DNA of 64,000 nucleotides from Psilocybe cubensis (taxonomy: Eukaryota): the NCBI GenBank assembly GCA_017499595.2, contig CM039007.1, positions 1,364,001 through 1,428,000 of the forward strand, read 5' to 3'. Below, one piece after another: positions 49,894 through 64,000 of this stretch (the stretch's first letter is position 1; each line of letters begins with the position of its first letter). A program made the position numbers and the translations under genes. The notes beneath the pieces are model-generated. The model was not told the origin of the DNA and did no database searches. It saw only the letters and a list, made by a program, of their open reading frames with translations.

Positions 49894-52369
49894 ATGTTTT
49901 GGTCATCTCTTCTGTTGCTTTCTAGCTCTTTGACTGCAGCAAGAGCAGTGACTGTCTACGGGCAAATTCCTCTCGCCCAAACCGCGACCGCTGGATACTC
50001 AAAGCCCACTCTCAAGGCTTATGACCCAATCGAACTTATTCCCCCTCCTATACCCCAACCTCCGCCAGCACCAGCCTATACCCTCAACCTGGAACGCAAT
50101 GCAGCAGCAGTTCCCGGATTGTCAATGCCTCATGTCGGTGGTTCATTCTGGGGATTTTCGATAGAAATGTCTGTTATCAGTCAAGTTTGTAAGTAACTAT
50201 ATATTTTTCGACCTCCTTGTGCTGATAGCGTCATTTTAGTAGGAAAAAACTCGTATGTCGAACAAAACCAGTTATTATCACAACCATTGACTTGGAGCGA
50301 CCATCCAGATCATTTCTCGCAGTCCCTTTCCTCAATCTTATGGCGAATCTTCAGGAACGATCAGGGGGTGTCGTTATTCGTATTGGAGGAAATACGCAAG
50401 AGTTTGCTACTCAAGTGCCAGAAGGATCGCTTGAATTTGGTCACACATTCGCAAAAACTGACTCTGGATCGAACCAAACAGTGCGGAGTTTCTACGTAAC
50501 GAAAGTATTCTTTCTGACTTTTCGAATAGACTCAAACTCCCGCTGTACTGTATACTCCCGACATGTTCTATATGGCAAACAATATATCGTCAATGCTAAA
50601 CGTCAAGTGGTTCTTCGGTGCGTCCTGGTTACTTTCAACTTCGTATGCGATTGAACTCATTCTTCCCCAAGGCATACCATTTAACGATTCCGTCAATTGG
50701 CGGCTGACCATTGCTGAGCAAGCGCAAAATATCTTGGGCGATAATCTTCTTGGTTTGCAAGCCGGAAACGAACCTGATTTCTACTTGAAGTGAGCCAGGA
50801 CGTCAACGTAATTCTGTTATTGCTGATTTCATGGTTCATCTAGGTTTGGTCGACGTACTACATATAGCCCACAAATGTATACGGATGAGGTTGCGGATCT
50901 GATCAGAGTCATGGACGAAAACCCAAACATCCCCAACAAACATATGTTGATTGGTCCCAGTGTCTCCAGCATCGAGTGGATACCCGAACAAGTTTGGGAA
51001 ACGGGGTATATTGAACGATTCAAGGACAGGCTATACTGCCTCAGCGTTGAACAGTACGTCGTCTATGTATCCTCTGGCAAATAGCTCCATTGAATGACGC
51101 CACTCGACCCTTCTTTTTCAAAGCTACCCCATGAACAATTGTGCAGCATTGACTGGCGGTGGCCCAGGAAACCCCATTATCAACCCCCAAGATATTGTCG
51201 ATACATATTTCAAGCACGACCTGCCAATGTCTCTTATGGACCAATACCGAGAATCAACGAGGCTCGCACAACTCGCCCAGAAGCCTTTTATCATGTTCGA
51301 AACCAACACTGCCTCGTGTGGTGGCTTCCCTGGATTGAGTGATAGCTATGGCGCTGCTCTTTGGGCGTTGGACTACGGCCTTCAACTCGCATATGGCAAC
51401 TTCACACATGCTCTTCTGCACGTCGGTGGTCAGGACACGTACTACAACGTAAGACGAAGCTGTATTGGTTATAACTCTTTCTTTCGTATTCATCTCTTTT
51501 CATAGCCGTTCACGTCGCCACCAACTAACCAGTCCTCCTTTAACGCATGGAGCGTCGGTGCCGTGTACTACTCAGCCCTAATCATCTCTGAAGTCTTTGG
51601 AAAGACCAACACCTCGCAGATTGTCGATATAAGGGGCAACTTCGGTAACACCTACACCCCACAATATGCGATCTACGAAAGAGGAGTACTTAGCAAGGTG
51701 GCCCTTTTCAACTACGTCAATGATAGGTCAGGTGCGAGCGACTCGCTAGTTACGTTGAACATCCCCGGTGGCGTACCTGCGTCCGTAAGAGTCAAGTAGG
51801 TCGAAGTTCTGACGACTCAATACTTTCCTTCTCCTAACTATTATTCCCTAGATATCTATTGGCACCCATGATTACTTCAAGAAGCAACATCACATGGGCC
51901 GGCCAGGTAAACAAATCTCTTATTTGACAAGTTTCATTCTATTCATCGTTCAAATGTCTATTAGACATTCGGGCCTCAGTTCACAGTCGATGGTCGCATC
52001 AGAGGCGATCTGAACGTCACCACTATCAGCTGCAACACTGCTGCCAACACATGTATCATCCCTGTTCCCGCTCCTGGTTTCGCCCTGGTTTTCCTTGACA
52101 GCTCCGCCGAGGCACTGTCGCTCGGTCAAGCGACAGAGACCTTCTCAACGTCTGCGTTTACCCAGAAGCACAATACTGTCACATACGAGCCCGCGACCGT
52201 TTCGCTCTCGAATGGACGGTCAGGTTCCGATCGCGACAAGAATCTAGGCACCAGCTATGGCTACAAAGAGAGCGGAGATGTAGCATTGAGGGTGCCCCTC
52301 TTGTCATTCACCCTATCGCTGGCGATTTTGAGCGGGCTATGGATCGTACGAGCAAGAGCCCTCCTATAA
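49894..52369 (+). CDS. Glycoside hydrolase family 79, tandem paralog
   Basis: Same exon layout and motifs as 46394-48860 (GNEPD, FETNTASCGG), with signal peptide and hydrophobic tail. Confidence 0.9.
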
Positions 52370-52943
52370 TCTATTCTGAAGGAATTTGCAGACACTAATT
52401 TGCTACATACTATCACTTGCATACAACTAACACTGGATTATACATCATGTACCGTTACTTCGATACTACTACCTTGTTGGGGACTCACTCTTTTTACCAA
52501 ACACCATTTTGAGTAAATCAATGTTTCTGCTAAGAATATGTACAGGCGGCAAACAAGGTAAGTAGGTACATGCCCAACAAAAACTCGTCTCATGTGGGCA
52601 CCCAAATTATAGAGCAAGGCTGATTATAACGCATGTTATAAGCTACTCTATAAAGATATTTCGGAAATGATAAGCGTCCTTGGAATCGAGACAAAAAGGA
52701 TCAGGGGTAGTGAACGAAAGCAGGCAACAGCAATGATGGACAGCCAGGTGTAGGTATAAATGTACAGTAGATGAAAAAGGGGCAATTGAGTGATTCTGGG
52801 AAAGGGGGAAAATGTGTTGATAATGCAAGAGATGGTACTGGACTACGTGTTAGACACAGCCAGGTAACGAGAACCAAGAGGAATAATTCCACTGCATGGA
52901 AAAGACGCGTCGTGATAAAATGGAACCCTATCGAAGAGACACT

Positions 52944-55322
52944 TTATGAGTGTTTGTACACCTCCTGTAAAAGTAACGGGACAAAAATTCTATGAGCATG
53001 TGGAATGACAGACAATCTGAAAAATTTACATACATCGATCTGTGACTTGAAAGTCTTTGCAATCTTCGCGCGTTGAATCTTCTGGGCAGCGGTAACGAGT
53101 CCACTTTCAGGTGTCCACTCATCTGGCGTCAACACGACGGCTTGCAATAGCTCCATCGCCTTGAACCCGTTCTTCTTTCCAATAGCATTGCATCCCTTCA
53201 GTACGAGTTCTTGAACAACAGGATCTTTGCACAGCGTGGCAAGGTCGCGGGTGGCGTCGATATCCTTGGCCTGAAGAGCGTTTCGAAGATGCGCCTCGTG
53301 TGGGATGATGATGGCCATAGGCTGTTTCGCCTCTTGGGTGGCGTGGACGCAGATGTTACCGACCAAGTTGCAGGATTTGAAAATGGCTTCAAGACGCTCG
53401 AGGGCGATGTACTGATGAAAGAAATTTCATTAGACGCGAAAATTTAGTTGAATGAACTTTTGCACTAACCTCGCCAGAGGCCAATTTGATGAGATTCTTC
53501 AACCTGATACCAAAATTTTTCAGAATCTTCGTTCAGTCATGTAACCTGGAAATGCAACGCACCTGTCAATTAAGGACAAGGTTCCGTCCGAGTTCCACTG
53601 TCCAACATCACCGGTCCTCAACCACCCGTCTTTGGTGAAGATGTTCTCGTCTTCGTTCAAGTCCGGTCGCTTGTAGTATCCTTTCACAACGGAAGGTCCG
53701 CGGATGCAAACCTCGCCTTGTTGGGGATTATTGGTGGATAAGTAACCAGCGTCGGGTACATCAAGGAGTTTGACTTCAATGGAAGGCACTGGAACACCGA
53801 CAGATCCATAGCGCATTAACTCAGGGGGTAAAATGGCACACATTCCGCACGACTCTGTCATGCCGTAACCTGTATTATGTCGAAACGACAGTTAATATCC
53901 AAGAGAACGGAACAGGGGTGGATAGTCTGACCTTGAAGAACTAAAACAAGAGCGGTGGTCAAAAACTCTTGCGTCTCGCGACTGATAGCGGCGCCACCGC
54001 TAAGGGCGATGCGTAGTCGCCCGCCAGTAGCTGCCCTGACGCCCGCCAAAACTACGGTGTCAGCCAACTTGGCAAGAACAGGCAAGTTCTTCTTCTTCGC
54101 TGCCATCGCACCATTGAATAGGGTTTTCTTGACGGATCCGGCAGCATGAACATTGTTGAGGATACCCTTTCGAATTGTTTCCCAAACTGCTGGAACACCA
54201 ACCATAATGGAGGGTCGGAAGGCACCAATGTCACCTTTGCAATTTCTGACAGAAGCGTCTGTAAGGGTCTTGACACGGCCGTAACCGATGGGCATGCCAA
54301 CAAAGAGCATAATCATCTCCACGATGTACTCCAGGACGTGAGCCAGAGGTAGGTAGGCGAGGTAGGTGTCTTCGTAGGTGAGATGATGTCCAAGCAAAAC
54401 CTTTACTGATCCGACGGAGGCAATGAGATTAGAATGGGTGATGGTAACGCCCTTGGGAGCACCAGTACTCCCACTGGTATACATGATCAGGGCAATGTCA
54501 TCAGCCTTGGGTCGTCGCGATGCAAGGATATCAATAGACTGAGTCTTCCCAAGCTCGCGAAGCTTGTTCAAGCTGAATACTTGAATGGTCTCACGGACGG
54601 AATGTAGGTCGTCAACAATCGCTTGCGTAGGCTCGCCGTCGAAGACGACATATTTGACGGTAGGAGTTTTCGCAAGAACTCTGTGAAGAGTCGGCAGTAG
54701 CTCGGCATTGGTGAAAAGACCAACACATTCAGGTTCGTTCAGAGAATGGGCAAGACCGTCTTCTCCGAGAGTGTCGTATGCAGTTGCAATGGGCGTTGAA
54801 ATAGATGCGCAAGCATGTGCCATGAGTTGCCAGTTTGGGCTGGTGGTGCCGTTAGACCATGAAGCAAGGGGCTACGCAACGAAAAAATACCCACCTGGTC
54901 TGAGCATATACATTGAAAACGTCGTCCTTCGTCACACCAAGATGAACGAGCGCCCGAGCAACCTCAGAAATTGCTTCCTTAAGCTCGATAAAAGTGATGT
55001 ATTTGTAGTCGCTGAGTTCGAAGAACTTCCACTTCTTCTTTTCGGTCACTTCTTTGCCGTCGACGACCTTCTTCACCTCCTTCTCCTCCTCGACAATGTT
55101 AACAACGTCTCTCCAGCCAAGAGATTTTCTGTTTCCGTGCGTGCGCGCGGCATACTCAATCACGTCGTGCACAGTGTCGATGCCCTCGAATGGCTGGGTG
55201 ACGAGACCGTCTTTGGAGAGGTAACATCTCCTTGTAGGGCCCTCCCCAGGACGAGCAGGAGGAGCGACCTCCACGGAGCCGGTGCCATGGTACCCTGGTT
55301 TGTTGGTGTGGAGCTTGGACAT
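52944..55322 (-). CDS. Long-chain fatty acyl-CoA synthetase (Faa1/Faa4-like)
   Basis: [49 protein letters not shown]. Confidence 0.95.
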
Positions 55323-57151
55323 TCCTGAGGTATTATGTGGGTGTTGGAGAAAGAGAGCGGGATGATGCTCTTATGTCACTCTCTTACCTTTTGCCTGCTG
55401 TCACGCGATCCGCGCCGTGCCTAACTGTCACGCCACATACGCGCCAACTCCGATTCCACGCTTTGTTTTTCCACTTTTTTCGGCGACAAATTCCATTGCA
55501 AATATCTCAAACCCCAAAACAACTTCGGTCGGTGTAGAGGCATACTCTACGCTCCTCAACTAGCCCGTATCTTTCTTTTCTTCTCTACTTTCTGCTTGAG
55601 GCTCCTGACGGCCGCCCAACCAAGTGTCCATTTCAACGCTTGGAAGTTGTACACTGAATTGCCCCATGGCTTGGCACTTCCTTGGAAGAAATTCAAGTAA
55701 AATGCATTTTGAGACCGTCAGAAACAAGGCATATTTATATTCCAGAATAGTATTCTTTGTGATCACGAGTCCGCACTGGCAATCATTTCATTGAGGACGA
55801 TAGGACTGCTTATCGTAGTCCGCAACTTGAATCGTCTCGTCCTCATCACATTATCGGTATGATATGATCAATAGCAGGCGGGTTACTGGTCGCTATCCTG
55901 TGCCGAACGTTTCTTTCTTCCCTCCTGTGCTGAGGTATAACCCTATTATTTTATTGAATTCCTCAATAGTACTCCTCGATCCTCCTGCCTCCTCACCTGC
56001 ATTATCCATGCTTGGCAAATGTCCGGATCATGATGTTTGGCTCCTAATTAGACTCTAGACGCCCCTTTAACCGAGCTCCACTTTTCCCCAGTCCCAGAAC
56101 TTACCTATTAGGTGCGACTACAATTATCGGCGGAGGCAATGAGAGTCAAACAAGACACCCAAGCATCACTTGCTATCAATAACCAAGGTGCTGTGTATCT
56201 CACGCCGAGTCATAACCCCACCAATTGACTGTGCACAGCGAATCCAGTGACATAAACCTAAGCTATCCTAGGAGTCATAAGTCTAACGTCTTCAATTTCA
56301 TAATGACTTGTAACCAGATAAATGAAAACACGAATGCTTGTCATCTACTCATCATTATTGGTCGGGGAATTTATTAATTAACCACTGCCTTTTGGCTCAC
56401 CTCCGGATTCTGTGGAAATCCAAGCGACTGGGCGCTCTATGCACTCTCTATCGGTGTATCACGAAGGCAACCTACAGTCGGCGACGAAGTTGATTATTCT
56501 TCAAAGAGTCAGAAAGCGTCAACTTTCAAAGTCATTGAATAGTACATTATTAAGCTTATGCCCATAAGGATTTTTCTACCTCTAAAGGGCCAAAGACTCA
56601 CTCGACGATCATCAACGTAATGCGTTAATCCGAATGTGTGAATATCTTCCGGAAGTCAGAAGTTGATTCCGCGTAGATGGCTCACAATAGCTCTCAATAG
56701 CTCTATGTTTTAGCATCACGGATACAAACATATCTAGAGTGGAAGTCTACAGACCACTACGACTCTAAAAATACGTCGCCATGATGTAATACTAATAGAA
56801 CTAAGCAGAGCATGTTGTTCCTTTGTGCCGAAGACTTCGCGAAGCTGTCCAATAGGCATATAGAAAATTGACATCCATAACCTCGTGTAACTTCCTAGAA
56901 CACAGCACAAAGATATTATTGGCCAACCATCCGTCGGCAATGGCGAATGTCATCATCGAAGCTCACACAGATGCCATCTAAGCGACAGGCCAGACCTAAA
57001 AGATAAGATCGAAGGACTGAAACGATATAAAAATTATAATTGGCAAAGTATTCAATAGATGGATGGTATATAAGTATGATGATGATGGATATAGAATTAG
57101 AGATGTCCAAAGAGTTGAAAGAAAAAAGAAAAGATATGAACCAAAAGTGTA

Positions 57152-59523
57152 CTATCTGGACTTATAAGCCTCCTGAAAACAGAGATATAGATCAGAATTT
57201 CACAACTGAGCCGTTAACGCAGTAAAAGAAAAAGACATACCACAATCTGATTCTTAAACACATTTGAGATTTTCGAGCGTTGAATTTTGCGAGCAGCAGT
57301 GACAAATCCATTTTCTGGAGTCCACTCATCGGACGTCAGAATGACAGCCTGGAGCAACTCCATAGGCTTGAAGCCATTCCTCTTGCCAACATTATTACAT
57401 TCTGTTCTGATGATCTCCTGGACGAGGTGTTGCTTGCAGAGTTCAGAGAACTCGGCTGTGGCATCGACATCATGAGCCTTGAGAACCAGGCGAATGTTTC
57501 CTTCGTGCGGGATGATGACTGCGACAGGTTGCTTTGCATCTGGTAGAGCAAGCACACAAATGTTAGCGACCAGGTTACATGATCGGTAGATTGATTCCAG
57601 TCGCTCTAGAGCGATGTACTATCAAAGTTGCCTGTTAGCGTTATATAATCAGACGATAGGTACCTATCTCACCTCTCCGGTAGCGAGTTTGATGAGGTTC
57701 TTAACTCTGTAAATTCAACGTCAGCAAGCATTCAGGGGAAAAAAGTTAGATATACACACACCTGTCAATAACAGAAAGTGTTCCATCAGCATTCCACTGC
57801 CCAACATCGCCTGTCCTCAACCACCCATCTTTCGTAAAAATGGTTTCATCTGAGTTCAAATCAGGCCGTTTGTAGTATCCAGCGACAACAGAGGGGCCAC
57901 GGATACAAATTTCGCCTTGTTGGACTTCGTTTGATGAAAAATACCCAGCATCTGGTACATCACGTAGCTTGATGTCAACAGAGGGTACTGGAAGTCCGAC
58001 AGAACAGTATCGCATCAGCTCAGGAGGAAGGATAGCACACATTCCACAAGATTCCGTCATGCCGTATCCTGAAGATTAGATAAAATTTTCAGCATTAAAC
58101 AATTAGGATATTCCATATTCAGTTTACCTTGGATAATAGTGACGAGTGCCGTGCTCAAAAATTCCTGTGTTTCTTGGCTAATTGCCGCTCCTCCACTCAT
58201 AGCAATCCTCAAACGACCACCCGTAGCTGCCCTGACGCCTCCGAGAACGATGCTATCGGCCAACTGAGCGAACAAGGGGATGTTGTGCTTCTTTGCGGCC
58301 ATAGCGCTATCAAATATGCCTTTCTTGATGAACCCGCTGTTATTTACTTTAGTCTGGATGCCCTTCCGAATAGTTTCCCAGACATCTGGTACACCGACCA
58401 TAATTGACGGTCGGAAAGCGCAGATGTCACCCTTGCAATTTCGCACCGACGCGTCCGTCAGTGTCTTTACACGTCCATATCCAGATGGCATGCCGACAAA
58501 AAGGATGGTGAGTTCGACCATATATTCCATGACGTGCGCGAGGGGTAGGTACGCCAGGTAGCTGTCGTCGTAGGTCAGATGGTGGCCGATGAGCACGTAA
58601 ACGGCGCCGACGGATGCGATGAGGTTCGAATGGGTGATACACACGCCTTTGGGTGGGCCTGTGCTGCCGCTAGTATACATGATCATGGCAAGGTCGTCGG
58701 GTTTGGGACGGCGTCCTCGAAGGGTTTCTGTAGACAGTGTTCTTCCTATTTCCCGAAGCTTGTCCAAACTGAAGATCTTAAGCGTTTCCCTCACCGAGTG
58801 GAGATCGTCAATGACCGCCTGGCTGGGTTCTCCATCGAACACGATGTATTTGATTGTAGGTGTTTTGGCCAGTACCCTGTGCAACGTCGGCAAGAGCTCC
58901 GCGTTTGTGAACAGCGCGACGCATTCAGGCTCATTGAGTGAATGTGCCAAACCATCTTCACCGAGAGTGTCGTAGCTCGTTGCCATAATCACAGAAATAG
59001 AGACAATCGCGTGTGCCATGATTTGCCAGTTTGGACTGGCAGCCGACTTTTATCAGTCGCGACATTACGGACGGGGTTGGTATACAATAACTCACCTTGT
59101 CTGTGCGTATACGTTGAAAACGTCTCCTCCTGTTATACCAAGATGCACAAGTGCCCGAGCGACTTCTGAAACGGCTTCTTCCAATTCAATGAAGCTGATA
59201 TACTTGTAATCAGTGAGCTCGAAGTACTTCCAGATCTTCTTCTGCGTCACTTCCTTCCCATCTATGACTTTCTTTACTTCCTTTTCCTCCTCGACGATCT
59301 TGACGACATCCCTCCATCCAAGAGCTTTCCTGTTTCCGTGTTTCTCTGAAGCGTAGGTGATAACATCGTATACAGTGTTTATCCCATCTAACGGTCTCTC
59401 CACGAGTCCAGCCTCCGCCAACCTGCACCGTCGGGTAGGCCCTTCTCCTGGCTTTGTGGGAGGAGAAATTTCTACAGACCCAGGGCCGTAATATCCAGGT
59501 TTATTGGTGCGGACGTGGGCCAT
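57152..59523 (-). CDS. Long-chain fatty acyl-CoA synthetase, tandem paralog
   Basis: [39 protein letters not shown]. Same intron positions as 52944-55322. Confidence 0.95.
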
Positions 59524-62500
59524 CTCGTTGAAGTTGAAGTCGACGTGGAGGAAAGAGTCTGCTGCAAATAGCAACAAAAAATCTAGTCTTGGATTTGGTG
59601 GAGTTGCTATAGTAAATTGCCATCAGATTCAAGGATCACAAAACCACCCGATAAACTATCGTACGTTGCGATTGGAAGGGATTGGCGGCGGGCGCGGTAA
59701 TCTGCGGTAATTTGTTGCTAGTGATTGCGCGACTATAGCCAGCGAGTGCACGATGGGCACGATGGGTGGATGATATCGAAGAAAATCTTGGGTGGGTCGT
59801 CCGTCGCCAAAGAGCTTGCTTTATCTATTTCCTAAAGTCAACCAAAAGGTTGTCTCGCTCGAATGATTGTCCAGGATTAAGTGCACACCACTTAAAGATT
59901 CTCGATTAAACTACCTTCGTAAGTTGCGAGTGTTTTCAGGATCCGGGGTCGACGAGACGATAGCTGGACGACTCTTCTAGTTTGAAGCCAATCGATGTCG
60001 ATCAACATTTTGGGAAGTTTAGCCAAAGTTCACATTTCCGCAAATTTTGATCATAGGAGATCCAAATTCATAATTAGGGTGCCGAAATGTTTCTCTTTAT
60101 GAGCTGAAAGAGGTTGAATTATGGGTATGAATACCGAGGGATCAAGATTTAGCAGGAAATGCCGTGGAAGAGTAAGGGAGACCTTTTTACAGGCTTTTTG
60201 CAGAGCGTAACGAATCACATGATCGTATAAATTGACGCGTCGCATTGATAGGGGTACTATCTGACATAGAACGCGTCGCTCGAAGAACAAAAATATGCAA
60301 TCTAACCTATTCTATTGAGACAAAAGCTCCTCCTGTATTGTACTTATTCATATTTTGGACATCATAAATAAAATCTATTGTCTCAGACGAACCAAATCAA
60401 TTTCATGCCTTTCTAAAGTGGACGGACCTCTTGAACGACTCCTTTAATAAGGCGCAATTTTTATACTGTCGAAATTCACTGATAGGACAATTGACTTGAC
60501 TTTATATATGCACTCATATGAGATAATAGAAGTATGCTTAGTACCTTCTGGGTCCGAAGAAAATGTGCTATATTGGTTTTTGATATCAACTTACTAGTAG
60601 CGTCAACCTAGTAGTAGTAGTAGTAGTATGCCACATAACAGTTCTAGAGGCACTGAGACATGTGAGGAGGGTAGATTGATGGCTCTCTGTAAAAATGTAA
60701 CCTTCTAACTAGCCTTTCCTGGTGGACCTATCGTGACAAAGCATTGGGACGTATACGTATATAGCTCTTAACGTGACTTCAGGAGTCGCTTGACTTAGCC
60801 GTAAAGTGGTTCAGTTCATCCTGTAAGGCACACCAAGCATCTCGGTCACCAACTGCCGTGGAAATCCGACATTTCCCCTAAAGTCCCATAATAAACACGT
60901 CTCGCGGACACGACTGTATTCATTATCATGGACCCAGTCGTCTATAAATATAGTGAGTAGTTGAGCCGGTGTAGAGTAACCTTCTCTACAAACACTTATT
61001 GAGGTGGTGGTTTTCTCATCGAAAATTGTTTCGTTGAGCTTCCGCAGCAAGTTACTGAAATAGATGTTAGAACGTTTAGTCAAACCGTTCAATCTTCTAG
61101 AGACTGGGGCTCAATTAAAAGCCTTTAATGAACATCGTATATTAATGAAAGAGTGTCGCAACATACCGTACCCCAAATGAAATTTGCCAATACAGTTAGA
61201 AACAAGGTGCGCCCCTTCTTTCAATATAAAGCAGCTCGTGCCATGCAAGCAACAGAAGATTGAATGATCCCAGAATACCATAGCGTAAAGTTCCTTCATC
61301 AGGGTTCAGATGCCGGACAGGGACTGAATGCATCAAAGGATATACCAGTGGAGTACACACCTTTCTACGCTCACGCGCTGCCGCATTCTGCGTCGAAGAA
61401 CCATCAAACAGGACCAAGGTTGAGCCATGAAGTGAAAATCATCATCAAGCTATCAAACAACTCGGCTTAGTAGATGGTTCACCTTCTCCAACCCTTGACC
61501 CACCCATGGGCCTCTGAACAAGACCTTTGGACGATGTCTGACTAGATACTAAACAAATCTACACGCGTGTTTGATGCAGGATGCTATGGCCGTTACGAAA
61601 ACCTTGAAAGCGCAGTTACCCCGCTGCAAACCGCCGCCAAGGTCTCTTAAGCGTCAGCAGCTTTCATGTGGACGCTTGGCAACATACAGATGGCATGAAT
61701 TTGAAGTTTCTGATATCTGTAGTTCTGGAATTTGACAAATACTCTTATCCACATCTTAGTCTTCTTGAGATAAGTAGTATCGTTATCGCAGTGTCAAACT
61801 AATGCATTGATCTATCCCGTGAACAGCGAAGAGAGATCATCGCCGGTGACCTTTTGGATATTAGCGAAGATTGTACTCGGTGTGGAGTTATTTTTGAATC
61901 CTATCAACGCATGTGACTCTGCCGCAGAAGTCGAAAAGTGCTGACAAAATCGACAGGAGAATATGAGGGCCCCAGTTCATAATTTACACGCTCAGTGATG
62001 CATATATCATGACAGTTGACGCTTCTAGACTATTTCGAAAGTAATCATAGAAACGACAACCGTTGAAGAATTGGTGAAGAATCCAAGGGTGCTCACATCT
62101 TTTACTTCCACTGACACATAGCTAGCACCAGTACATTGGCCCTTCGACACAAATCCGCATCTTTGGTGAACATCCGTGAGCATTTTTTGAATGTACACGG
62201 AGGCAGATACCAGGCCTTGCATGATGCAGCATGAGCAAATTTGAAAAAAGGAAAAAAAGAAGCTTCGTCAAGAAAGAAGATAGGGGAGAAATTCCATAAA
62301 AAATCAGAACACGACCGGCGGGGCTACCCACGAAACGCCGTATATACTACACGAGGTAGATAGTTATGCAAACGGCTGAAAAGCAAAGGGACACTGGTCA
62401 CGTATGTGTGAAGCTCATGCGTATTTTGCATAAGGCGAAAAGGGTCGCGGCAGACTTGCCAGACGATCAAGGGCCCTCACCTTCAATTTGCCGAGCGGAG

Positions 62501-64000
62501 TGTATTCGTGTTTAACCCTATGCCCCAACATCCAACTTCGCCCACAAGGCTTAAATTTTTAGCTTCGAAGGAGCCATGCTCGAACCCCACCCTGCACAAC
62601 GACTTGATGATTATTACGGGTTTCCATGAATAACCACTGAATCGAATAGGTGAATTTTTGGTGGACGGACATGCTGGCATCCAAATTAACGACGGATCTT
62701 TCCACTAGCAACTCCACGAATAAAGAAAGTCGCGCAGGTGCTTGCAGAGAGATTGTTGTATGCTGTACAGCAGCATGCTATCTCTGCCCGTGCGCGTCGT
62801 ACGAGGAGAAGCAAAGCCGGTGCATTCTAAACGCAAATCCAATCATTAGTGCACTTCCCTGACACAACGAGAATCTGATGCGCAGAATGGAACCTCTGAA
62901 GAACTTGTGAAAAAAAGAGAGGGTGGTGTTCGAATTTGTCCTTGCCATCGGATCAGCGGAGCGGCAAAATCGTTTCTCTGCTCGAAAAAAAAATTCGACG
63001 TGGTGATTCCAGGGTGCGGTGATTCGTGAACAGGTTGCTGGGAGGGAGCACGCTTGCACAGTGCTGCACATTGACACGACGCACGTCTACGCAGTCTGTC
63101 CACGCAGAAATGATGGAGTGGAATCGTGGAACACAATAATAAGCCTGTGCGAATTCGCGAAGGCACGGCACAGAAATGGAATCGTATCACCGTACCGTAA
63201 CCGCATTTATTGCGATGCAGACAATTGGTGTCCACGTTGTGACTTTGGTGAAGATGGTAGTAGGACACGTCGTCGTCGTGAACAACCATGGATCATCCGA
63301 GGTAGAGATATCCCACTGTTAATTTAGTCAGTAATGATCCTTACTTGTTCTTTATCTTCGAGGTCGCTCCGGGTGACTATATCACAGCCAAAAAAAACAT
63401 AGGAGTGCATATCAGTACCCGTAATACATCAAAAAATAGGAATTGCACCCACAACACAGAGACTTCACACAAGTCCAGAAGTCAAAAAAAAAAATAATCT
63501 CCTATTTGAAATCGAATCGAATCACAGACGTACAAAAAAACTCGTACACCTGCAACGCAACTCGGACCAAAAAAAAAAGAGAATTTAAATAAACACAAAG
63601 CGCACTATGTTGATTGATAAGTAAATAACTATAACACGAACTACGCGTAATATACACAGGTGTTGGGGCAGAGAGGCTCGGTCGAGGAGAGGGGCTCGAT
63701 GCGATAAATGAGAAGAAAGAAAGAGGAGGAAAAAGGAAAATTTTAAATAGATAATCATTTCGTCGTTGGTTTGGATTGATTGAGGATAAGACAGGAGATG
63801 CTTTTTTCTTCTCTTTTGGGGACTCGGGAACGCGCAAGCCCTTCGCGATAGGGATAGGAGACTCGGTATACAGTAATGTTGAGAGGCGGAGAGAGAGAGG
63901 AAAAGAAAGAAGAGAAAAGAGGTATATGAAATGTGTATGTGCTACAGACGCAAATCAGACAAGTGATGATGATGACGATGATGCATGGTCGAGCCGAGGA

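Noticed and set aside
59700-64000. Short ORFs in the last 4 kb
   Set aside because: No recognisable motifs or consistent exon chain. Likely intergenic or UTR sequence of a gene outside the window.

Overview
Intron-rich fungal DNA, most likely from an agaricomycete (mushroom-forming basidiomycete). The ordinary genes are two tandem GMC oxidoreductases, two multi-pass membrane proteins, MsrA, DIS3/RRP44, an O-methyltransferase, a beta-adaptin, a cytochrome P450, a small conserved protein, two tandem GH79 genes and two tandem long-chain acyl-CoA synthetases. The notable region is a nested mobile-element cluster at 31.4-45.7 kb with three parts. (1) An 899-bp non-autonomous TIR element with 142-bp TIRs and a 6-bp TSD. 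(2) Directly beside it, a complete 13.3-kb DNA transposon with 53-bp TIRs (TATGG..CCATA) and a 6-bp TSD, matching IS3EU hallmarks. It carries an IS3/IS481-like DDE transposase, a convergent and apparently intact zinc-finger/alpha-kinase gene, and a CpG-rich palindromic 50-bp tandem array. (3) Inserted into that CpG-rich tract, a young intact Ty3/Gypsy chromovirus with 450-bp LTRs, a 5-bp TSD, a -1 frameshift site and a Tf1-like 11-nt self-priming site. On a manual scan this 6.4-kb element contains no CpG dinucleotide. All exon boundaries and counts were read by eye and no database searches were run.
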